The position numbers and the translations under genes were made by a program. The notes under the pieces are model-generated. The model did not search any database. It saw only the letters and a program-made list of their open reading frames with translations, and was not told the origin of the DNA. A stretch of DNA of 64,000 bases from the human T2T-CHM13v2.0 reference genome, Homo sapiens, in assembly GCF_009914755.1 (NCBI RefSeq), contig NC_060947.1; one strand, given 5' to 3'. Shown here piece by piece: positions 36,844 through 50,551 of the stretch. Position 1 is the stretch's first letter; each line of letters begins with the position of its first letter.

Positions 36844-37260
36844 TTCACTGTCCTGGGGGAGGCATGGAGAGACCAGGTGGACTGGAGTAGACTGTTGAGA
36901 GACACTGGTCTGGTGAAGATGTCCAGGAAACCACGAGCCTCCAGCCCATTGTCCAACAACCACCCACCAACACCAAAGAGGTGAGGAAGTGGAAAGCATC
37001 CTCTCAACCCTAGCCCAGAAGCCCTATCAAAGTGAACGGCCCACCGAAGCTCTAAATCCTACCCTGTCCTCCCCTGGCACAACCCCCACCCCACCCTGCC
37101 CCATTTCTCTATGAAGCCCCTGTTCTCACCCCTTCTCCATCCTCTTCCCCAAACCAGTGCCCTTCTTTGATCTCCTGGTTGGTTTTCCAGGTTGCCAAGA
37201 CAACCTGGAAGGGAACAGGGACCCGTCAAGGAAGTTCCAGGAACAAAAGGCTCTCCCTAA
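36718..37260 (+). pseudogene. CSAG4: CSAG4: 5'-truncated CSAG copy, generally treated as a pseudogene; exons 36718-36980 and 37191-37260 still give an open 110-aa frame
   Basis: MWIGLIQLVEG...PTPKR, ag|gtgagg donor, ttccag acceptor, LPRQPGREQGPVKEVPGTKGSP*. Its own promoter and upstream exons are absent. Confidence 0.75.
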
Positions 37261-39828
37261 AAGACCACCGCTTCAAAAAAACCTGAGGAATGGAGTGGGC
37301 CAACACTATCCAGCCACTCCGACCAGCCAAAAGAACTCAATCAAAATGAGACACAGTAGGACCACAAGGGCAAGGAGACCACCACCTTCTCCAGTCTCTC
37401 TTTGGGCAGCCAGTAATTCCCGGGCAAGGCCAGAAACCTCAAGGCTACCTGAAAAGTCTCCAGAGGTCTAACCCCAGAAAAATAGCCAACAGGGTGTAGA
37501 GTACATTTTATACCCCAAAGGGTATACCCCATGGTGACGAAAATAAAATGAACATGTTGTAAAATGATGTGTGTGTCTGTGTGTCTCAAATGGTAGGGGT
37601 AGGGAGTAAGGGGGAAGAGGTGGGAGTGTGAGAAGGGAGGGAGGTGGGATCTTCTACAATTTCTTTAAATTCAACTTGCTCTTCGTTCTTTGGTTTCCTA
37701 GAGTGAAAGTTATGGTTATTGATTTTAGATTTCATTTTCTAATATAAACATTTAAAATATGCTATATATTTCCCTCAAGGACACACTTTAGCAGAATCCC
37801 ACTTTTTGTATGTACATTTTTATTTTCATTCAACTTAATGTATTTTTAAAATTCTCCTGGGACTCCCTCTTTGACCCATAGGTTATATAGGAGCTTATTT
37901 TAAAATTTCCAATATTTGGGCATTTTTCAGATATCTTGGTGTTTGGTTTTGAGTTTTATTATATTATGGTCTAAGAAGAGGCTTTCTATTATTTCTATTC
38001 TTTTCAATTTGTAAGCTTTGTTTGATGGCCCAGAATACCATCTATCTTGGGAGATATTTCATGCACACTTGAGAGGATTGTTTATTCTGCTATTGTTGAA
38101 TGCGGTGCTTTTCTTATTGTTTTATTTAGTCAGAGTAGTTAATGGTGCTTTTCAGGTCATCTATATCCTTCCTGGTTTTCTGCTTACTTTTTCTCCTAAG
38201 TACTGAGAAACAAATCAAAGAGTTTTGACAAACATTTAGTCCCATCAAACCACAACCACAGTGAAGGTGAAAAATATATTCATCCTCCCCAAAAGTTTCT
38301 TCCTGTCTGCTTGCTGTCAAACCATCTCTTCAGTAGAAGTGATCCAAGGTGAGCAGAAGTGAGCATCCGCTGACCATGACCATTTTCCCTGTTAACAAAG
38401 GCAGGTAGGCACAGAGAGCAGCAGTTGCTTTCAGACACAGGCAGTATCCAGGAGGAAAACCAGACCAATACTGTCATAGAAGGAGAGCTTTCTGGCCTGG
38501 ACACAGGCTGTCTCTCCTTTTCTTGCACACTGCCAGTCCCCAAGTCTGGCTCTGCCTTCCTGGCCTCCCTGGCTCAGATGGGCGATTCACACCTCCTCAC
38601 CATCTCCCCCCACTCCCTACAGACTGAATTAAGGGCTTTGCCACTTTCTATTGTTTTGTTGACTTGGTGTTTCCTCAGCATATATTGAATAAAAGTTTTC
38701 TGTAGGAATCAATAAGTGCATGGAATGAATGAAATCACCTGGCATGGGAATTCTTTGATTCAAATTATGGAGTCTGCCCTTCCTGGGCCTCCTGCCTACA
38801 TGAAGAAACCCACAGTTCTTTCACTTGTGCTCACTTGAGTTCAGAAATTCCATGGCAACTACCACGGAGAGGGTCACTGCAGACACCTTCTCCCCAGGCT
38901 CAAACACTTATCATGGAGGTAAGGATGCTTCCAACAGGATGGTGCATGACGCTTCCTCTATTGGACCAAACACATCCCCATCAGTTTAACAGGGAAGGGT
39001 GCCAACTCCACTGCCTTGCCATCCAACCTGCTCACATACACAGCTTGGGCCAACCCTCTACCCCAGACCCTGTCTGGTGGCAACACAGGCCTGTGATCAG
39101 TGCCCCAGTACACCTGTCTCCTCATGTGCCGAGAGCTCAGAAGCCTCACGAGTCCATCTGAGACATGGTCACCACCTGGATCATTTTCATTGCATGTCCA
39201 CAGCCAATCCTTCATCTACAGAGTAGGAGCTTACTAGTCTCAGGGCACTCTTCCTCCAACTTCCCCTCCATGCAGCCTTGCTGCCACCTTTTACACCTCA
39301 TAAATATTCCTGGCCTGTCTTGGTTGTTGCTCATCAATCAGCAACCCATTCACATAGTCCAGGCTCTATGGAGGGTCCACAGGAGATAAAACAGGAGCCC
39401 GCAGCAGGCTTGAAGACAACTTCCTGCCCTGGGACGCTGGCAAAAGTGCACACGACCACTGGAGTGGTGGAGAGAGGGAGCTCACCCAGAATGATGCAGG
39501 GAGCCAGCCATACTCTTCGTGAGAGAGGGAAAGGGATTCTGAGGGAGGGTTGGGTGTCTAGCACAACCGTGGTGTATTCAGTCAACAGGCCTGCCCATTC
39601 AGATCACACGGCCCCCTCCAGCTGGTGACGATGGTGCTGGAATTTCCTAAGCCTATTCCTTTTCATTGTCCTGCCCTCCCTCCTCTCTTCCCCCTTCTCT
39701 CCCTCAGGTCCCTGCCCCCACCGGGCTGAACTCTGGATTCAGACCTCTGAATGCCAGCCTGCCTGGGGAAATGTGGACTTGGTTTCATATACGGTCTCTC
39801 TCATGGACTCTGGCCATTGCTCTCCCCT

Positions 39829-40197
39829 TGTATTTGTTCATTTTCATACTGCTATGAAGAAATACCTGAGACTGGGTAATTTATAATAATAAAAAAAAGA
39901 GGTTTAATGGACTGACAGTTCTACATGGCTGGGAAGGCCTCACAATCATGGCAGAAGGGGAAGGAGGAGCAAAGATATGTCTCACATGGCAGCAGGCAAG
40001 AGAGCATGTGCAGGGGAACTGCCCTTTGTGAAAACATCAGATCTCCTAAGACTTATTTACTACGGCGAGAACAGCATGGGAAAAACTTATCCCTGTGATT
40101 CAATTACCTCCCACCTGATCCCTCCCATGACACGTGGAGGTTATGGGAGCTACAATTCAAGATGAGATTTGGGTGGGGAAACAATCAAACCATATCA
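39829..40197 (-). mobile_element. THE1 solo LTR (mirror of 21433-21801)
   Basis: Reverse complement of the left copy. Confidence 0.88.
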
Positions 40198-42855
40198 GTG
40201 CTGGATCCTCCCGATTACCCTCATGGGCTGAGGGTGTCCTGTCTGCTCTCCTTCCCTGGCTCCTGTTCATTCTGACCAATTCCTTCTCAAAGCACAAGAG
40301 AAATGTCCTGTCCCCATTTCAGAATGTTAAACCATGCCTAGAGAAATGTTACTCAGGATGTCACTGTATAAATCCAACTTCATATGGGTGAGGGATTAAG
40401 TTAGTGTGTACTTAACCTAATTAGAGAAAGCAAAGACACAAAATAACAGTGAAACAATATTTCTTCACTAAATTTTATTCATAATTTTCACCAAAAATGA
40501 GAAGATTGATAACACAAAATCTTTCTGTGAGTGTAGGATATTCACATCTATTAATTTGTGAGAAAATTAATTGGTACAGTATTTTTGGAATAAAATTTTG
40601 ACAATACTTCTAAAAAGTTAAACTATTCACACCATTTCCACTTTAACCCAATGTCCATGTTACTATATCTTTCTTATTGGAAAGCATGCATATCTGTCCA
40701 AAAACGTATGTTTATTTCAGTTCTATTAATCATAGCAACAAATGGGAATGAACGTATGTGTTTATCAGGAAAGGAAAGGTTTAATTAACTATGGCACACA
40801 CCTACTTTAGAATTCTAGGGAATACTTACAAAAGTGATGTCGATTGTAGGTATAGTTGTGGGAAGACCTTGCGTTCATCTTATTACGTGGCAAAGGCATG
40901 TGACATATCAATACGTGCATCACTACCTGTGGGTGTTAAAACACTATATATTTTCATAAAACATCCATGTCTAAAAAAATCCTAGACTGAGCTTTAAAAT
41001 GCTGCCCACGGATCTCATCCTCCACACTCTTCTTCATCAAATCACCACCAACTCTTACCCTTCTCCCTCCCTCTCAACTAAGGGAGCAACGTCACCAACC
41101 TCAGAAGTCAGGTCAATAGAGATTCTCTCCATCAGTTCACAGTCCCTCACTTCCTAAAACTCTTCCGTGTCTTTCCACCTCACCATCTCCCTCACGCCCC
41201 CCATAGACTGAGTTAAGGGCACTGCTGCTTTCTTGTGTTTTTTTGACTTGGTGTTTCCTCAGCATATATTGAATAAAAGTTTTCTGTAGGAATCAATAAG
41301 TGCATGAAATGAATGAAAGTACCAGGCATGGGAATTCTTTGGTTCAAATTATGGAGTCGGTCTGGCCTGGGCCTCCGACCTGCATGAAGAAACCCACAGT
41401 TCCTTCACCTGTGCTCACTTGAGCTCAGAAAAACCCGTGGAAACTACCAACGAGAGGGTCACTACAGATGCCTTATCCCCAGGCCCAAACACCGTCATGG
41501 AGGTGAGGATGCTCCCAACAGGATGGTGCATGATGTTTCCTTTATTGGACCCCACACATCCCCATCAGTTTAACAAGGAAGGCTGCCAACTCCAACGCCT
41601 TGCCATACAACCTGCTCATGTACACACCTTGGGCCAGCCCTGTACGCCAGACAGTGTCTGCTGGCAACATAGTCCAGCGATCACTGCCCTACGACACCAG
41701 TCCTCTTGTGTGCCAAGAGTTCAGAAGCCACAGAAGTCCATCTGAGACGCAGTCACCACCTGGTTCATTTTCAAGGCACGTCCACAGCCAATCCTTCATC
41801 TGCAGAGTCTGAGCTGACTAGTCCCAGGGCACTCTTCCTCCCATTTCTCCTCCATGCAGCCCCACTGCCCCTTTCAACTGCTCATGGGCATTCCTGGCCT
41901 GTTTTGGCAGTTGGTCATCAGTCAGCAACACACTCACATAGCCCAGCCTCTATGGAGGGCCCCCAGGGGATAAAACACCAGCCCCCAGCATGCATGAAGG
42001 CCTCTCCCAGATCTGGGATGCTGGCGAAGGTGCAAAGGACCACTGGAGGGTTCAAGAGAGGTAGCTGGCCCAGAATGATGCAGGGAGCCAGCCAAACTAT
42101 TCCGGAGAGAGGGAAGGGGATTCTGAGGGCGGGAAGGTTGACCAGCACAGCCCTGGTGCATTCAGCCAACAGGCTTACCCACTCAGATCACAGGGCCTCC
42201 TCCAGCTGGTGATGATGGTGCCAGGATTTCCCAAGCCTATTCCTGTTCATTGTCCTGTCCTGCCCCCTCCCTTCCCCCTTCTCTCCCTCAGGCTCCTGAC
42301 CCCACCGGCCTGAAGTCTGGATTTAGAGCTCGGAGTGCCAGCCTGCCTGGGTCTCAGTGGACTTGGTTTTGCATGTGCTCTCTGTCATTGACACTAGCAA
42401 TGGCTCTCTCCTGGATCCTCCCTGGATCCTCCCTCACAGGCTGAGGGTCTCCTGTCTGCTCTCCTTCCCTGGTTCCTCTTCAGTCTCACCAAATCCTTCT
42501 CAAAGCAGAGAAGAAATATCCTGTCCACACTTCAGAATTTTAAATCAATTGTGATTTTTATGAGAATTTGAATTGGTACAGCATTTTTGTAATAACATTT
42601 TAGAAATATTTTAAATGTTAAACTATTTTCACCCTTTCACTTTAACCCAATGTCCATGTTAATATAGCCTTCTTATAAGAAAACCATGTTTGCCTAAAAT
42701 TCATAGGCAGAGATGTTTATTTTATTCTATTTATCATATAGCAAATGGGAAACAACTTATATGTCCATTAGGAAGAAAGAGTTTAATTAATTTTGGTGCA
42801 TGTCTACTTTAGAATTATAGAAAGTGGTTTCAAAAGTGAGAAAGATCTACCTGTC

Positions 42856-42897
<42 letters not shown>

Positions 42898-45552
42898 ATC
42901 TATACTGTTGTCGAAAGATCCTACATGCATTTTATAAAGTGATAAAAGCAGATCAGTATGTATGTCATTGTTCTTGTATATTGAATAAAAATAATATATT
43001 GTTATAGTTTGTCAGTGAAAAGCCTAGAGTCAGCAGTAAAATAATACACAACATTGTTAATTGTGGTGACCTCTGCGGGGGGGCGGGGGGTGTTGTTAAC
43101 TGTGGAGGAGCTTTGTAAAAAAAAAATTGTGAATTATCTACATTTCTATCATTTTTGAAATAAGAATATATACCAAACTACATTTTAAATAAAAAATATT
43201 TAATACTGACAACAGAAATACTAGCCGTGTCAGTTTAAGTAATTGCTAGCTGATGCAACAGAACAACCATGAATGGCTTGACACAACAGAAGTTTATTTT
43301 ATGTGCAAATAAGTTCTGATGCGGTTTGGCAGGGGCTCTCCACTCTCACATGACCCAGGGATCCAAGCTGCTTCCACCTTTTGATTCCGTCATCTCAAGA
43401 TGAAGCTGCCATGTTTGCTGTTGAAAGCGGAGAGAAAGCATGGAAATGGCACACTGGCTCTCAAATGCCTGGATGTGACAAACAATGCTTCTGCTCCTGT
43501 ATTGGTGTAAAGGAAAAGTCACATGATCCTAACTGCAAGGACTTTACTGTTCCCATGTGTCCAGGAAGGAGACAGAGACAAAATGTGGGTGAGTACTATA
43601 CCCTTCCCCATAAACTGTTACATAGTGGGTGCTCAACAAAAAGCAACTATGATCATTTGGTATTATACTACCCTTCTCATTTCTAGGAGGAGTTTCTGAG
43701 AAGGCCAAATTTACCTTGAAGTTCTCCAGCGTTTTCCAGTGTCAAATATGTGACTGATGTTTTCAAACATACGATCACAACTAACTGTTCAAGAATCTTG
43801 AAAGTCTCAGCAGGAAGGCTTTCCTTTGTAATATCCTTTAAATCCTTAGTAGGCTGAGAATTGTTCCTCCATTTGATTCCCGGTCAAAATGTTAACCTGT
43901 GAATTTCTGCTACCCTCCACACGCCTGTACACCTGTCGAGGTAGGCACGCTGAAGGCCAGTATTTTCCTGTGGAGCAGGTAAACAGACAAGAAACAGAAG
44001 GCTGCTTAATTATTCCTCTTTCATTAGAGTTGACGTGTTTTCAAGGTATAGTTTTTAAACTCCTGGAGGACTCCAGAAATTTAGGAATTCAGCCTCAGTA
44101 AGTAGATGTTTGTTCCACTGGGGTTTCCCAAGGTTTTTCTCATCTAATACTCATGAGAGACGGTTTGCTCTTTGATCATTTATCTGTGCATGTATTCAGA
44201 GGCGAATTCCAAAAGGACGCCCTGTGAAAGTCCGATTTCAAGTATCAAGGTGGTTCCAAATCCCTCTAACTTCAGGGTGACATCACACAAGAACCCTTAG
44301 ATAATATGGCGAATCAGACTCCTCAGCCCATTCAGAAAACGATTAGAGAGTGTGTTGAAGACAACCAGAGTGGTAACCAAGTGTCTAAGCGTCACTGTCC
44401 CCGTGTGAGTTTTTATACAAAAGGGTTTTTGACATCATATGGCTTCCTGGGTGAGAGACGGAACAGCCAGAGGACTTCTACTATGAGAAGGAATGCTCCC
44501 TGTCAGGAGGTGAGCAGGGGATTCTGGGCTGTTCTGTGAGGATCAGTGAGGAGCTGATCAGCAGGCCCTATAGGTTCCAGAGTCAGACAGGACACATGGA
44601 AGTGACCCGGGGAAATGTGCTGTAATTCTGAAAGTGCTGGGGCTGCAGAGAAATGCCCACAACTGGGCAGAGTTAGCTCTCAAGGAACCTAGCGCACACC
44701 AGCCCCAAATGGTGTTTGATTCTCACTGTCGCGTTCTCCAGGCCTGCTTCATTATGCTGGCCTCAAGGTCCTTCTTTTTGTCACCTGAGAGACATGGTGC
44801 AGTGCTGAGAAGAAAAATGAAGTCGCTGTCAGGAGGTCAGCCTCGGGCTCGGAGAAGTGGGGACAGCATGGGCTCTAAAGGAATTCATGCCAGGGGTCTG
44901 GTTCCAGCCCTGTTCCTTACTAGCCACGTGATACTGAGAAATACCCAGGAAATACCCTGTTCTTATATCCCAATTCACAAGCTCTGTAAGCCCTGGATTC
45001 TTCATCTGTAAGCAGATGTGATAAGGCCTGTCTAGTAGGACAGTCGGAGTGTATGCAACGCAGGTGAACCACCTGGCTCCGGGCCTGGTGTAAATTGGAA
45101 GTTTCACAAATGGCGGATGGCTGTTATTTCCAATATGCTTTAACCCGAGGCCCGAACACTGGGATTTTGTTGTTGTTGTCGTTGTTCTCCAGGACTTATC
45201 AGAGAACATACAGCTCAATAGGACATGGAATAATTAGCCCCAAACAGAAGCTTCTTCCATAAAATTCAGTTAAGTATTTCCTCTTAGAGAATGCACTTCA
45301 AAATTTGGTTGTGCGGGAGTTTTGCCCAGCCAGGTGCAGCTCAAAGCTCCTAGAATGTGAGTCAAAGACCAACTCCTTCCCTCTCTCCCAGCTGCTTTCC
45401 CATCCAAACCACTATATTCATCCACTTTGTTACCATCCAGAATCTAGCCCGTGCTTACAATTGGTCAAATTGCACTTGAGATAACCTAGTTAGAATGCCT
45501 TTTTAATGGAGTCAGCTCTGGCTCTCCCTGCCTGGCAGAAAAGCACCTGGCC

Positions 45553-45934
<382 letters not shown>

Positions 45935-46988
45935 TCAGGAAACCCTTGCAGATGATGGGTGTCCATCACCTAGATCTTGGGCTGTGTTCAACAGCATTGG
46001 GCAAAAACACAGGACACCTTCCATTCCAGCCCCAGGTGGAGATTCCTCTCTCTTCATCCCCATCCTAAAGAAACTGCTCAGGGTAGCATTCCATTCCAGG
46101 CTTTTCTCTCACCCTCTGAGAATCTGGCCCTGGACCCACCGGGCATCATTAGAATCAGCTCCTTCAGAAGGAACTGCAGGTTCCCAGATCCCAAATTGCC
46201 CCAGCTCAGGGCATTTATACTCACCACTCTCACCTGGAACCCCACACCCTCACCCCTGTCTTACATTTCCACTACATCCTAGAGGACTTCTCGCCACCTT
46301 AATTACATGACTGCAGCTCCTAGACTCTATGACCCTATGGGTAGACGTGAGTCTGGCTTACCTTAGAATCCCCACTACTACCAGGGCCTTCCACAGAGCA
46401 GATGCTGAGTGAATGGTAAAGAAATGAGCCAGTGAACAGGAAGAATTATTTATTCAGATTTAATTTCTTTTGCATTCTCAAAGAAGCAAAAACATACACA
46501 TATTTTTAATTTTACATAATAGACTGAGGTATAAGGCAAGAATTAACTATCTTTTGAGTTCCTTGTATCATGTATTTTACTGCTAATTCGTTCACAATAT
46601 AGGCAAATACATATTCCACTGCTGTTATTATGTGACAACTCACAAAATGGAATGGATTTCCCAATCTGAATAAAAAACAGGACTCTTACCCCTAAACTAT
46701 ATAAACAGCACTATGTGTGACTACTGTCATTCATAAACTTGGATGCTGAAGTTCATCCAACCATTTGTTAAAAGGAACATTTGAACAATTCCAACAGGAA
46801 ACAAAGATAAATCTCAAAGTCATCCAACAGAACAGAAACTCACTGCTAAGAATGCTGACTGCTCTCTTCAAAGAGGCAGGAATGGGCCTCATATCACACG
46901 AGGCAGTGGAAGCTAATGGATGGGGCCCTGGAAGGTGCACTGGCCCAGACCCCCTCCCACTGGCCCTGGCTGCAACATGTGCTGAGAC

Positions 46989-47933
46989 TCACTCTTCTCC
47001 CTCTCTCAAAGCCCGTTCATGCAGGGGTGGGTAGGAAATGTGAGGTTCTCCACCGATCTTTAGTGTATGGTGCAGGACTTTCACATAGCTGGTTTCAATG
47101 AGGGCCCTTGGACCCCACAGGAACTCGTAGCATGCAGGATCACTGCCGGGCACCTGCCGGTACTCCAGGTAGTTTTCCTGCACCAGATCTTGCATGAGCA
47201 GCTTCCTGGGATGTGCGAAGACACTGTCCTCCCTCCCCTCAAACACCTCCAACATACTCAGCTCCTCCCAGATTTTCTCCTCAGGGGCACAGTCGCCCTC
47301 TATTGCGATTATGGCCAGGACGATTATCAGGAGGCCTGTCTTGGGCATGACCTGATTGTCGCCCAGCAGGCCATCGTAGGAGAGGCCCAGGCAGGTGACA
47401 AGGATGTACAAGTGGCTGATGGGGACCACTTCCACCACCTCGATGCCAAAGACCAGCTGCAAGTACTCGGAGGCTTTGCTGAAGATCACGGGAAAGAAGT
47501 CCTGGCAATTTCTGAGGACACTCTCCAGCATTTCTGCCTTTGTGACCGGCTCCCTGGCTCGATACTTGAGGAGCAGAAAATGAACCAACTCAACCATCTT
47601 CCTACTGATTGCTGCTTGGAACTCGGACTCCAGGTCGGGAAACATTCTTGGCCCCTCCTCTTCTTGGTTGCTGGAGCCCTCATCGGATTGTCTCCAAAGA
47701 GTGTAGTTGATGGTAGTCGAGAAGCTGGAGGCTCCCTGAGGACTGTGGGGAGGACTCGGTGAGTCGGCAGCAGGCACCTCCCCCAGGGTAACTTCCACTA
47801 GAGTAGAAGAGGAAGAAGCGGTCTGCTGCTCCTCAGTAGCAGGAGCCTGCGCACCCACCAGGCCCAGGGCCTCTCCTCGGGCCTCAAGGCCTTCTTCAGG
47901 CTTGCAGTGCTGACTCCTCTGCTCAAGAGGCAT
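46989..47933 (-). CDS. MAGEA2: Melanoma-associated antigen A2/A2B, 314 aa
   Basis: Translation identical to 13689..14633. Confidence 0.93.
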   Translation of the reverse strand: MPLEQRSQHCKPEEGLEARGEALGLVGAQAPATEEQQTASSSSTLVEVTLGEVPAADSPSPPHSPQGASSFSTTINYTLWRQSDEGSSNQEEEGPRMFPDLESEFQAAISRKMVELVHFLLLKYRAREPVTKAEMLESVLRNCQDFFPVIFSKASEYLQLVFGIEVVEVVPISHLYILVTCLGLSYDGLLGDNQVMPKTGLLIIVLAIIAIEGDCAPEEKIWEELSMLEVFEGREDSVFAHPRKLLMQDLVQENYLEYRQVPGSDPACYEFLWGPRALIETSYVKVLHHTLKIGGEPHISYPPLHERALREGEE

Positions 47934-50357
47934 GATGACTCTGGTCAGGGCAGCAGGCAGGAGTGCGGGCAGGAGCTGGGCAATGAAGACCCACAGGCCT
48001 GGGGAGAGAAGGAGCGTGTGTGAGGCCTTAGGTGAGAACTGAACTGAACCTTGGAGGCTCTGACAAAGGCTTACTTACAGATCTTCTCCTTCAATGCTCC
48101 TCCAGTGCCTCGGGTCCTACTTGTCAGCCTGTCCCCCTCAGAACCTGAAGGAGGAAGTGGGAGGGCACCTCAGGGTACAGCCGGCCAGCACATGCTCAGG
48201 CTGCAGGACTGAGAATAGGGAGGGTGAGGCCAGGCCCTCTGGAGTCCCATTTGTTCTGGGCGGGTGGGGCCCTTGGTGTGCATTCCAGGCAAACCTTCAG
48301 TGTTGGCACTGTCTGCGTCCCCTCTGCTCTGTGACCTGAGGACACTGACTCAGACCAAGGCCTCACTGCCTGGTTCCTGGAGCTCCTGATTCCTGGGAGA
48401 GGAATGCACGGGCCTTCAGTGTGCAGACTGCAAGCACAGCCACGGATTCCCAGAAGTCTCAGCAGGGTTGGCCAGACTCCGTGAGGTCCCCACTCTACTT
48501 GGGTGGAGGGTCCCCTCTGTGCTCACTCAGGGCCCTCACCTTTCTCCTTGTAGGGCCTAATCCCACCCTTTTGCTGGCTTGAGAATCTCTCATGTCAAGA
48601 ACTCACATCCCTGATATGGTACAGAAGGAGATGAGGGGACCCACATCTGGCCATACGTGACCAGGTCCTCCCGCGAAGGACAACGAGAGATGTCCAAATT
48701 CATTGGAGTCCAGGTGTCCTGGGTGACGAGTCCGCTTGGTCCTCACGTCCACTCCTGGCAGGGCCTGAGACCCTCCCTCTACTGACCTGACTCCAGCCCC
48801 TTCAGACCAAGGCCTCCCCTTCCCTGACATCAAAGATCCCAGGATAATGGAGGGACTTCAGCTGACAGCCCTGCCCAGGGTCTCTGAAGTAACCGCAGGG
48901 GCAGGGCAGATTTCTATGGGGCCCCCTGTCTGCATTCTGGCCCAGGAGTACCCTCAATCCTACCTCAGGCTCTCCACCTGGATGCTTGGCAGATCCTAGA
49001 ACCACTGCATCTGTCGACCAGATGGGGGCCCCTGTGTTGACCTGAGTCACCTTCTGAAAACAAGGTCATCAACTCCCTGAGATCTGGAAACAGAAGTGAG
49101 GAGGGGCCACATCCTGTTACCCCCACGTGCGTTGTCCAGGGCTGACCCCTTTGGTTCTAGGGTGAACGTTATGATGGCCTCCTGTGGGTTACTCATCTTT
49201 ACTCCTGCCAGGGACTGCCCTTTCTCAACCCCCAACCCCCTGAAATGAGCAGACAGCTCCTCTTTACACCAACACCTTATCTCCCTGAGGGTTCCCCAAC
49301 CTCCTGCCTGTGGTACAAATGAGATTGTCACTTAGGGCCATCCCTGATCAGGTTCCCCCAGAGCTAAGAACAAGGGACGGCCAGACTCTGTGGCATCCCT
49401 TCTTTCTGGGCCGGGGGTATCCCCAGTCCTCATGAAGGGGGCACACCTTGGGTCCGGCAGATCCTGGGATTCCTCCCTCTGCTGACCTGAAGTCCCAGCC
49501 CTCAGACCACAGCCCTCAACTCTCTGTCACCCTGAAGGTGCAATGAGCACGGGGCACATTCGGCCACTGTGCCCAGGATCCCCCAGCCCAAGGTTGCCAC
49601 TGATCTGGACTCCAAGGTCCCCTCAGTCCTCCCTCTTCTTCCTCCCCTTGACTCCTCGCAGGGCTGGGCCCCAACCCCCTGCTGAAGTGGGTCTGCATCC
49701 CTAGGATTCCCGCGGCTGAATGAAAAGGTGGCTCAGTTTGAGACAGGGGTACAGTGGGCCCCCTGTCCTGGCATGCTGGGTCCCCTAAGGACTCCACTGT
49801 CTTCCAGGAGGGCCTGGGCCCTTCCTCTGCATCCCAAAGGCCATACTCACGAGACCCAACCCCTTCCCTCCCTTAGCCGTACATGTGAACGTCAGGATCC
49901 GCGTGCTTGGCCGCCATTCCCGGAGCTTCCGTGGGTTGATTGCAGGGGCAAAGCCCGGATTCTGCCAGGATGGTGGTGGGGGAGGAGATGGGAATGGGGT
50001 TTGGGGGTGGGGTTGGTGTTTGAGGGATGGGGGTGGGGTTGGTGTTGGGGGATGGGATTGGTAGTGAGGGTAGGGGGTGGGTTGCCCTCAGTCCCCTCTT
50101 GGGGTCCTGACCTTGATTCCTGGCTGAGTCTGGGCCCTGAGCACTTCTAACCAGCCCTGCCCTGGTCACACAAAGCTCTTACGCCAGAGTTCCCTGCGGT
50201 TAAAGCGGCGGGGGGTGGCGGGGTGAGGTGGTGGCGACTCAGCCTGAGAAGTCTTCCCCTGCAGGGTGGTCCAGGCCCGGCAGCAGAGGCAGCGCTGGAT
50301 TATTGGGGGCCCTCTGTCTGGGGTGAGGCCCGCCTCAGTCCTCCCTCGGCGTCTTAC

Positions 50358-50551
50358 CTTGCCTCCTCACGGAGCCTGCGCCTGCTTCCCTCCGCCGACG
50401 TCAGGCCGTTGCTCAGGGCGAGAATCTCGCTGTCCTCTGACCTCCAATGCACAAGTCAGTGGCGTCACATCCGGGCCCGTGACTTCCCTGGGTTCACGGC
50501 AAGGGTGGAACCGGATTCTGCCCGGATGGGGATCTGGATGGGGGGGTGGGG
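50358..50551. promoter_or_regulatory. Bidirectional MAGEA2/CSAG promoter (mirror of 11071-11264)
   Basis: Reverse complement of the left promoter. Confidence 0.75.
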
